From an uncultured Thermoleophilia bacterium (GTDB lineage Bacteria; Actinomycetota; Thermoleophilia; UBA2241): DNA of 64,000 nucleotides. A model generated the notes under the pieces. It worked only from the letters and a program-made list of their open reading frames with translations. It made no database searches and was not told the DNA's origin. Location of the stretch: positions 326,896-390,895 of the forward strand of contig CAVQXS010000003.1 in the NCBI GenBank assembly GCA_963717965.1, read 5' to 3'. Position numbers and translations under genes: made by a program. Positions 28,629-36,905 of this stretch are shown piece by piece (positions within the stretch are counted from its first letter, which is position 1; each line of letters starts with the position of its first letter).

Positions 28629-29635
28629 CCCAGCGGCTCCAGTTCGGGCTCGCCGCGGGCGTAAAGCACCACCAGGATGCCCGCGACGACGATCAGCGCG
28701 CCGCCGGCGATCGTCCACACGCCCGGCCACTGGCCGAGGAAGACGAGCGCATAGAGCGGGGCGCTCACCGGCTCCACATAGGCGATGATGCCGGCGTGCT
28801 GCACGCGGATGCGGTGCAGGCCGTCCATGAAGAGGCTGAAGCTGAAGGCGGTGGTGACGAGCCCGAGCAGCGCCGCCATCAACAGGTCGACACCGGTGTA
28901 CTGGTAGTGGGCGGCGCTCACGGCGAGCAGGCCGGGGACGAGCATCACGGCGGCGGTGAACGCGCTCTGTGTGAACACCACCGCCGTGCTGCGCACGTGC
29001 AGGCCACGCAGGCTCTTGGCGAACAGCAGGTAGACCGCGTACATGACGCCGGCTCCCCAGGCGCAGAGCAGGCCGGCGGCCGAGAGCTTCACGCCCTCGA
29101 GGACGAGGCCGGGCACCAGGATGAGCGCCATGCCGGCCAGGCCGATCGCGAGGGCGGCGTAGACGATGCCCTCCGTCCGCTCCTCGAGGATCCGCGGCGC
29201 GACGAACGCCAGATAGACCGGCGCCAGGTAGCTCAGGAAGATCGCCACGGCCACGCCGGTGTAGCGAATGGCGAGGAAGTAGAGGATCAGGTTCATCGCC
29301 AGCGCGATGCTGATCCCCAGCAGTCGGATGGGCGCGCCGTGCGTGCGCAGGTCACGCCAGCTACCGGATGCGAGAACGACGATCCCGAGCGCCGCGGCCG
29401 CAACGACCATGCGCAGGCAGAGCAGCATGGTCGCCGGCATGTCGGCGTAGGTGACCATGACGCCGATTGAGCCGTTGGCGAGGCTGGCGAGGCCGACCTC
29501 GAGATAGCCCCGGAGTCGCTCCGGCGGCTGCGCTCCGGCGATGACGGCGGAGTCGCTCGGGTCGGCGCCGGTGGTCGCGCCGGAGGCGCCCCGGACGGCG
29601 CCCGTGCGGACCGGCGTGGGGCGGGCGGTCGTCAT
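28625..29635 (-). CDS. EamA/DMT-family transporter, paralog 5
   Basis: LRGYLEVGLASLANGS...VQHAGIIAYVEPVSAPLYALVFLGQ. ATG at 29635 (MTTARPTP) is preferred over the TTG at 29665, which lies inside the GTAC repeat array. Confidence 0.8.
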   Translation of the reverse strand: MTTARPTPVRTGAVRGASGATTGADPSDSAVIAGAQPPERLRGYLEVGLASLANGSIGVMVTYADMPATMLLCLRMVVAAAALGIVVLASGSWRDLRTHGAPIRLLGISIALAMNLILYFLAIRYTGVAVAIFLSYLAPVYLAFVAPRILEERTEGIVYAALAIGLAGMALILVPGLVLEGVKLSAAGLLCAWGAGVMYAVYLLFAKSLRGLHVRSTAVVFTQSAFTAAVMLVPGLLAVSAAHYQYTGVDLLMAALLGLVTTAFSFSLFMDGLHRIRVQHAGIIAYVEPVSAPLYALVFLGQWPGVWTIAGGALIVVAGILVVLYARGEPELEPLG

Positions 29636-29645
29636 GCCCGGAGCA

Positions 29646-29702
29646 CTGTACAACCAGTGGTACAACGGGCGGTACCGCCACTTGTACAGTCAGTCGTACA
29701 GG
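29646..29702. promoter_or_regulatory. Five phased 12-bp repeats with a GTAC(A) core (putative operator array) upstream of DMT paralog 5
   Basis: GTAC starts at 29648, 29660, 29672, 29684 and 29696, exactly 12 bp apart: TGTACAACCAG / TGGTACAACGGG / CGGTACCGCCAC / TTGTACAGTCAG / TCGTACAGGGGC. The plus-frame track ORF 29541..29732 confirms this, reading Y at every 4th residue (YNQWYNGRYRHLYSQSY). Confidence 0.5.
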
Positions 29703-29792
29703 GGCCAGTCGCTGCTCTCCTGCCGCCCGTGATCGCGCCGGAGGCGCCCGTGCCGGCGCCGTTCGCGGCGGCGGACACTGCGCCTCCCCCGC

Positions 29793-30611
29793 TCACGTCA
29801 GGGGCTCCACGAGCGGCTCGGCCTCTCCCTTGCCGAAGACGATGACGAGGATGCCGGCGGCGACGATGAACGCCCCGCCGGCATAGGTCGTCCACGGCGG
29901 CCGCTCGCCGATGAGCAGAAACGCCCACAGCGGCGAGGTGACCGGCTCGAGGTAGCCGATGATGCCAGCATGCTCGACGCGCACGAAGCGAATGCCGTCG
30001 GTAAACAGACTGAAGCAGAGCGCCGTGTAGATCAGGCCGCTGACCACCACGATCCACGCGTCGGTCGACGTCAACTGGTAGTCAGCGGTCAGCGCCTCCC
30101 AGACGGCGAGCGGGGTGAGCAACACAACGCTGCCGAGGCAGAAGAACAGCGCGAAGGTGGAGCCGCGCACCTCCGTCCCCATGCTCTTGATGAGCATCAT
30201 CGCCGTCGCGAACATCAGGCCCGCGAGGAGCCCGAAGATGATTCCCGGGATGCTCACGCTGTCCTCGCCGAGAGCGAGTCCCGGCAAGACCAGCAGCGCC
30301 ATGCCGCCGACGGCGATGGCCACGGCGACCAGGTCGATGCCCTGGCGCCGCGTGCGCAGCACCCAGGGCGCCAGCAGCGCGACCCAGACCGGCGCCATGT
30401 ACTCGAGCGAGACCCCGACTGTGACGTTGGCCAAGCGGATTGAGGCGAAGTAGAAGACCAGCTCGAGCGCGACGACGAAGCCGACGAGGACCATCCGGCG
30501 GAAGTAGCCGGACCGGCGGACCTCTTCGACGCCTCCCGTCGCCAGAAAGAGGATGCCGAGGGCGATACCGGCAAGCGCCATGCGCAGGACGATCAGCAGA
30601 CCGGCCGGCAT
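29793..30611 (-). CDS. EamA/DMT-family transporter, paralog 6 (homology extends upstream to about 30690 without a canonical start)
   Basis: 272 aa from ATG 30611. The in-frame upstream translation RLRGYAEIGAASLILGTSATTIQIST matches the N-termini of the other paralogs. Only a CTG is available there. Confidence 0.75.
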   Translation of the reverse strand: MPAGLLIVLRMALAGIALGILFLATGGVEEVRRSGYFRRMVLVGFVVALELVFYFASIRLANVTVGVSLEYMAPVWVALLAPWVLRTRRQGIDLVAVAIAVGGMALLVLPGLALGEDSVSIPGIIFGLLAGLMFATAMMLIKSMGTEVRGSTFALFFCLGSVVLLTPLAVWEALTADYQLTSTDAWIVVVSGLIYTALCFSLFTDGIRFVRVEHAGIIGYLEPVTSPLWAFLLIGERPPWTTYAGGAFIVAAGILVIVFGKGEAEPLVEPLT

Positions 30612-30734
30612 CGTCGATATCTGGATGGTCGTCGCCGAGGTGCCGAGGATCAGCGAGGCGGCGCCGATCTCGGCGTAGCCGCGAAGCCGCCTATCAGGGC
30701 GGGGTGCGCCCAGGATCTACCCCCTCGCTGCTGA

Positions 30735-30855
30735 CGATACGCCGATCAGTGTGTGGTGTCCCTTCGGCGCACCACACGTTGACTGCACTTCGTCGGTCAC
30801 TGAAGGGTGCGGCTACGCCGCCCCCCTCGTTGACCCGGCTGCGTCGGTCAATCGG
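30735..30855. repeat. Three copies of a degenerate 51-bp unit carrying TGAC..GTCA palindromes
   Basis: Minus-strand copies are TTGACCGACGCAGCCGGGTCAACG, GTGACCGACGAAGTGCAGTCAACG and CTGATCGGCGTATCGTCAGCAGCG. The 51-nt period is confirmed by the 17-aa spacing of DRRS/DRRS/DRRI in track ORF 30694..31305. The middle unit contains an 8-bp hairpin, GTGTGGTG...CACCACAC. Confidence 0.5.
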
Positions 30856-32636
30856 CGGCGAAGCCGAGACGGCCGGCGAAGACATCCAGGAACCGCTTGT
30901 CGGTGGCGAGATCGAGGAACTCGATCCGCTCGCGCAGCCGGGCCATGCGGTTCCTCGCGCGCACGTCGATGAGGGCCATCTGGGCGCCGACACCGGCGGC
31001 GTTGCCGACGAACGCGACGCGCCGGGTGGAGACGGGCGGGAACAGGCCGAGGTACTGCGCCGCGGCCAGGTCGAGGTAGTTGCCGAAGGCGCCGGCGATG
31101 TAGACGGTGTCGAGCTCCTCCAGCGAGACGCCGAGGCTGTCCATGAGGAGCTCCCAGCCGGCGTGGATGGCGCCCTTGGCGAGCTGCAGGCTGCGCACGT
31201 CGTGCTGGGTGAAGACGATCTCGCCGTGCGGCCCGGTGGTGAGGAGGTACTCGTTGCCCTCCTCGCCCTTGCGCACGCGCGGGTGATCCAGCTGCATGCG
31301 GCCACTCTTGTCGACGACGCCGGCGTGCACGAGGCCGGCGAGTAGGTCGACGACGCCCGAGCCGCAGATGCCGATGGGCTCGGCGCCGGCTATGGTCACG
31401 ATCTCGCGGGCGTGACCGGCGGGGTCGATCTTGACGCGCTCGATGGCGCCGGCGACGGCCTTCATGCCGTTGCGGATCTGATAGCCCTCGAAGGCGGGAC
31501 CGGAGGCGCAGCTGGTGACCGTGACGCGCCCGTCGTGGGAGAGCGCGATCTCGGTGTTGGTGCCGATGTCGATCGCCATTGACGGACGCTTCTTGCCGGC
31601 GAGGTGCGTCGCCGAGATCACGGCCAGGGCGTCGGAGCCGACGAAGCCGGCGATCGGCGGCGGGAAGTGCACACCGCCGTTCGGGATTCATGTCGATGCC
31701 GAGCTCACTCGCGCGCAGCGTGAGCGGCTCGGCCGCGGCCGGCGCGAACGGCGCCTGGCCGAGGCCGACCGGTGAGAGGCCGAGGGCGAGGTGGTGCATC
31801 GCCGTGTTGCCGACCACGGTCATGTCGCACACGTGGTTGGCGTGGACCTCCTGGCGCTCGTAAAGCACGGCAAGGTTGGCGTTGATGCCCTCGCGCACGG
31901 CGGCGGCCAGGGTGGCTGTGGCCTGGTTCTGCGCCGCGTGCGCGATGCGGCTGATCACGTCCTCCCCGTAGCGCATCTGTGGGTTCTCGATCGCCTCCTG
32001 ATCGATGAGCACGCCGCGCCTGAGGTCGAAGAGATAGGCGATGACCTTGGACGTGCCGACGTCGACGGCGACGCCGTAGAGCTCGCGGTCGCGCTGGCCG
32101 GGGTGGACGTCGATGACGCGCTTCCCGTACAGCGTCGCCGTGACGCTCCACTTGCCGTCGCGGAGCTTGGCGGGCAGGCAGTCGAGCACGTTCAACGGCA
32201 CCTCGACGCCGCCGAGAGCCTCGTCGAAGCGCTCGAGGTCGGAGCGCTTGTCGGCCAGCGTCGGCGGCACAAGCTGCAGGGAAACCGTCCGCACGGCCGG
32301 GCGCGCGGCGCCGTGATGCAGCCTGGAGGTGGTGAGGATGCGCCGCTGCCCGGCGGTGCCGCGCACCTCGATGCTGACGCGCGCCGAGCGGGGGTACGCC
32401 TGGCACGCCAGGCGCCAGCCCTCGGCGCGCAGCTTCTCGGGGATCCGCTTGAGCTCGCGCTCCGAGGGCACCGTGAGCTCGCCCGAGCCCAGGCGCACGA
32501 GGCACTTGCCGCAGGTGCCGCGGCCGGCGCAGTCGGTCGGGATGTCGATCTGGGCGCGCACCAGGCCGTCGAGCAGGTTCTCCTGCTCGTCCACGGTGAG
32601 CGTGAGCCCGATGGGCTCGACGAAGACCCTGGGCAC
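30848..32636 (-). CDS. RACo/AcsV-type corrinoid reductive activase (N-terminal [2Fe-2S] ferredoxin + ASKHA/DUF4445 ATPase); one frame disruption near 31685
   Basis: CAGRGTCGKC...LACQA plant-type 2Fe-2S motif. DVGTSKVIAYLFD and AIDIGTNTEIAL ASKHA phosphate motifs. GICGSGVVDL. Split between ORFs 30813..32636 and 30848..31672. Confidence 0.8.
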
Positions 32637-32649
32637 GTCCCGACCCCCC

Positions 32650-33946
32650 TCAGACCCTGGCCGTGCCGAAGATGTCGGCCATACGGTTCTTGCGGTCGAC
32701 GACCTTCTGCATGCGCGCGTCCCAGACCTCGCTCAGCGTCGGGCCGTGGTCCGGCTCGAACATGCCGGCCACACCCAGCCGCTCGCGGTCCGCGTCGCAG
32801 TTCTCGCAGTGGCACTCGCCCTCGACGTAGTCGTCGGGCTCCGTGTACTTGCTGATCACGCCCTCGTAGTTGCGCAGGATGACCTTGCCCGGTGCCTGGC
32901 TGATGACGTAGTTGGGGAACACCGGCGTCTTCCCGCCGCCGCCGATGGCGTCGATGATGTAGGTCGGCACGCCGAAGCCGGTCGTGTGACCGCGCAGGCT
33001 CTCGTAGATCTCGATGCCCTTGGAGACGCTGGTGCGGAAGTGGGCGGTGCCCTGCGCCAGGTCGCACTGGTAGTAGTAGTAGGGCTTGACCCGGTATTGC
33101 AGCAGCCTGTGCGACAGCTTCTTCATCACGGCCGCGCAGTCGTTGATGCCGCGCATGAGCACCGTCTGGTTGCCCATCGGGATGCCGACGTCATTGAGGC
33201 GATCGCAGGCGAGCTTGCTCTCAGGGGTGAACTCCTGCGGGTGGTTGAAGTGGGTGTTGAAGTAGAGCGGCTGGTACTTGCTCAGCATCTCGACGAGCTT
33301 CGGCGTGATGCGCTGCGGGCAGACCACGGGCATGCGCGAGCCGATGCGGATGATCTCGACATGGTCGATGGCGCTGACACGCTTCAGGATGTTCTCAAGC
33401 TGCTCATCGCTGAGCACCAGCGGGTCACCGCCACTGATGAGCACATCGCGGACCTCGGGGGAGCGCTCGATGTACTTGATCGCGTTGTCGATCTCGGTCT
33501 TGGCGACGATGTCCTCGGTGCCGCCGACCAGGCGGCGACGCGTACAGTGACGGCAGTACATGCTGCACATCTCGGTGACGACGAAGAGCACGCGATCCGG
33601 GTAGCGGTGCGTGATGCGAGGCGTCGGTGAGTCGAAGTCCTCGCTGACGGCGTCCTCGATGTCCTCCGCATGGATGACGAGCTCGGCCGGCGTCGGCACG
33701 CCCTGCATGCGCACCGGGTCGGTCGGCGTCGTCCGGGTCCATGAGCGACGCGTAGTAGGGCGTCACGCTGACGCGGAACTTGCCCATGCAGGCGTCGAGG
33801 TCCCTGCGCTGCGCGTCGGTCAGGTTGAGGACGCTCTCGAAGTCGTCGGTGGTGGTGAGGCGGTTGCGCAGCTGCCAGCTGTAGTCGTTCCAGTCGGCGT
33901 CGCCGACGTCTTTGAATCGCGGTATGTCCTTGCGGTCTCTGATCAT
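32650..33946 (-). CDS. KamA-family radical-SAM aminomutase (lysine 2,3-aminomutase-like); one frame disruption near 33720
   Basis: CSMYCRHCTRR radical-SAM cluster motif, ISGGDPL, NTHFNHPQE, QTVLMRGINDC, YYYYQCDLAQG. The N-terminus (MIRDRKDIPRFKDV...VTPYYASLMDP) lies in ORF 33425..33982. ATG behind GAAGGAG. Confidence 0.85.
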
Positions 33947-33988
33947 CGAGTGCTCCTTCTCCGCGAGGCCCCTGACCCTCACGGCTCA

Positions 33989-34036
33989 CTGATTCACGGC
34001 TGCGCCGGCGCGGTGCGCGCCGGCGCTGATTCACGG
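33989..34036 (-). terminator. Perfect 11-bp GC hairpin flanked by an 11-nt direct repeat (terminator/attenuator candidate)
   Basis: Minus strand reads CCGTGAATCAG-[GCGCCGGCGCG CAC CGCGCCGGCGC]-AG-CCGTGAATCAG. It sits between MttB paralog B and kamA. Confidence 0.45.
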
Positions 34037-34053
34037 ATGCATTGTGATTAGTC

Positions 34054-35471
34054 TCAGACCACGCCTCCGCGACGATGCGCCGAAGCGTGCCGAGGACCTC
34101 GTCGCCGAGCGGCACGGCAGTGTGCTCGGCGAGGAGCCGGCCGGCGATGACGGTCGCCTTCTCGTAGGCCCCCTCCCTGCCCGAGGCGATCCAGGCGTCC
34201 CACATGCTGCGGTCGAGCAGCCGGGGACGCCACACGTCCTTCATGTGCCGGCGCGTGTGGCGCTGGCCGAGGAAGTTGCCGCAGATGTCGACCAGGCGGA
34301 TGGCGTCGAGCGCCATGGTCTCGTCGTCGACCTCGATGCCTGCCGCGATCTTCGCGTTCCAGCTGAAGATCTCGGTGTCCATGACCAGCTGCTGCGGGCT
34401 GAAGGTCATGCCGGCGCCGAGGGTACCGGCTCCGCCGGTCACGTCGGCGCCCGCGGCGGTCGTGCTCAGCGCGGCGAAGGCGTCCTGCGTGCAGGCCTGC
34501 CAGTCGGGCTCGTGGCTCGTGGTGCGCTCGCCGCCGGCGACGAGCGGCAGGCCGACGTGGGCGGCGAGCTGTGCGGCGGCGAGCTGGAAGAGCGAGGCCG
34601 ACGGGCCGGCCGCCGGCAGGCCGGCGACCGCGGGGTCGGCGGCGTAGAAGAACGGCGCGCCGGGGACCGCGGCCTGGACGGCCGCGCAGCCGGCGAGCAC
34701 GCCGGCGTGATGGCGGATGAGGGCGACGACGAGGTCGGGGGGCGGCGGGCCGCCGATCGGGGTGGGCGGGCCGGGCGGGCCGGCCCCCTCCGCGGCGTCG
34801 GTCGCAGCACCGCGCGGCGCGAGAACCAGGCCGACGGGCAGGCCGGCGCGCGCGAAGACGAGCGCCGCGTCCAGCGCGTCGGCGCCCCCGCAGAGCGAGA
34901 GCGGCGGGTGGCGGCGCGACTCGCCGGCGGAGCCGGCAACGGCCGCCGCCATCGCCGCGGCGGCTTCGGCCTCGGCGGACGCCGTCAGGCCCGAGGCCAT
35001 CACGTGCTTACTCGTGCCGGCGAAGCAGCGCACGAGCTCGCCGAGCGCGGTCTCGCCGACGGCATGCACGGGCGGTCCGGCGACGACGGCCACCTCGGGC
35101 AACCCGTCGGCGAGACGCACGGCGGCGTCCAGGTCGTCCGCGGTCGCCGGAACGGGATCGCCGCCGGCGAGCGGGCGCACCCGCGCCGGCACCCCAGCGC
35201 CCCCGGCGGTCGGGACGCCGGCCGCCAGCCACAGCAGGCCGGCGCCCACGGTCACGTCGTGCCCCGGCGCGCGGCCGGCGAGGGCGAAGGTCGCGGGCGC
35301 CGACGCGGTCGCGGCTTCAGCCGCGGCACTCCCGACGCCCAGAAGTCCCAGCGCGGCCGCGTGCACGCGCGCGACGTCATCATCGCTGAGCACGCGCAGC
35401 GAGAGGCGCGCCGGCGTCGTCATGATGGGGCGCGCCTGGGGCTGCGCCGCGCCCTGCGTCGGCTCGGTCAC
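34054..35471 (-). CDS. MttB-superfamily methyltransferase paralog B (divergent, Ala/Gly-rich); 3' end approximate
   Basis: The C-terminal half aligns with the other paralogs (SPQQLVMDTEIFSWNAKIAAGIEVDDETMALDAIRLV..GNFLGQRHTRRHMKDVWRPRLLDR). The GTG start overlaps the upstream stop (GTGA). The reading frame has no stop until 33384; a TGA one frame off lies at 34054-34056. Confidence 0.65.
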
Positions 35472-36905
35472 CGGCTGCCCCCTGCCGCCTCGGCGAGCAC
35501 GGCCTGCAGCCGCTCGCGGATCGCTGCGTCCAGCGCAAACGCGCGCGGCTCATCGCGCAGCTCCTGCGTGCGCGCGACCACGCGCTCCTTGAGCGTGCTC
35601 GCGCCGGCGGCCGCCCAGCGGTCGTGCGTGGCACGATCGAACAGGCGCGGCTGCCACGTCTCGCGGTGATGCTGGCGCGTGTAGCCCCGGCCCAGGTGAC
35701 TGCCGCCGGGGCCGACCGCGTCTATTTCGTTGAGCGCCAGCGCGTCGTCGTCCACGCCGACCTCGACGAGCAAGGCGCGGGCGTAGCCGACGAGCTCGTC
35801 ACCGAGGACGATGGTCTCGTAGCTGCTCTGCAGGCCGCTCTCGAGGTAACCGACGTCGTGCAGCAGCGTGGCGCGGCTGAGCGCACCGAGCACCGCAGTG
35901 ATGCCGGCCTCGGCCGCCCACTGCTCGTCGAACGTCTTGGCGTCGGCGACCGCGGCGTAGGCGAAGCTCGGCAGGCCGTAGAAGCGCGCCAGATCGGTCG
36001 CCGCGGCATTGCCCAGGAAGTGCTCGGGGGCGCCGTACACGTCGACGGCGGTGCGCATGTCGAAGGCACCGCAGCCGACGCCGTACACGAACGGCGCGCC
36101 GCTGCGCGTCAGCTGGTGGATGACGAGACCGCTCAGCGTCTCGGCGTTGCCGACGACGATGGTCGCGGTCATGGAGGCCGGCGCTGTGGTGCCTGCAGCC
36201 GGCGCTGGTGCGTAGATGAGCGGGATGTCGAGCTCGGCGCAGGCCTGGACCTTGTCCAGCGCCTCGGCGCTGTGGACCAGCGGCGGGCTGGGCATCGCGT
36301 AGCAGCCGAAACTCCGCGGCCCCCCCGCACATCGCGGCCATGTCCTTCATGCTGCGCAGGGAGCCCGCGTCGTGCGCCGTCGTCAGCAGCGGCTTGCGCG
36401 TGCCGGCGAGCATGGCGGCGAACTGGGCGAGGTCGCCGACCTCGGCCGCCACGTCGTTCGGGAGTCCCATGCTCATGACGAAGTCGAGGTTGGGCAGCTT
36501 CTCCGCAAGTGCGGCCATGCCCTCGACGTCGGCGGTCCTGCTCTGGCGACGCTCGCCGGTGTCGGGGTCGGCGACGTAGACGCAGTCCGACCCCGTGCCG
36601 AAGTAGCTGTTGCCGTCCTTGAGCTCGAGGCCGCCGAGCTCGCCGCGGCGGGCGTGACCTTCGCCGCCGGAAGCGCCGCGCTCCCTGAGCTTGAAGTGAC
36701 GCGGCGCGCTCTGCAACGCTGCGTCCACCAGGGCGGCCGGGATGCGGGCGCGCGTCCCTTCGACGCGCGCGCCCGCCTCCGCCAGCCGCTCGCGGGCACC
36801 GGCGTGGCGGACCTCGACGCCGGTCTCCTCCAGCAGCGACAGCGTCGCTTCGTGGACGCGCCAGCAGGCGGCGTCGTCCCAGACGGTGAGGCGGGCGGCG
36901 GGCAT
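35468..36905 (-). CDS. MttB-superfamily (non-Pyl) methyltransferase paralog A; one frame disruption near 36300
   Basis: ORF 35799..36905 (MPAARLTVWDDAACWRVHEATLSLLEETGVEV...) joins ORF 35468..36295 (MPSPPLVHSAEALDKVQACAELDIPLIYAPAPAAGTTAPAS...GYLESGLQSSYE...GPGGSHLGRGYTRQH). A likely homopolymer indel (gagTTTcgg) separates them. Confidence 0.8.

Noticed and set aside
29646-30855. Periodic repeats considered as a CRISPR array.
   Set aside because: The units are 12 bp and 51 bp without a repeat-spacer organisation. There are only 3-5 copies and no cas genes. No CRISPR array is present anywhere in the window.
32650-33946. Radical-SAM lysine-acting enzyme near the UAG-containing mttB, considered as a possible PylB (pyrrolysine biosynthesis).
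   Set aside because: The sequence has KamA/EpmB-family hallmarks (CxxxCxxC as CSMYCRHC, PLP-type KamA core, YYYYQCD). PylB is BioB-like. No pylC/pylD/pylS neighbours are present.
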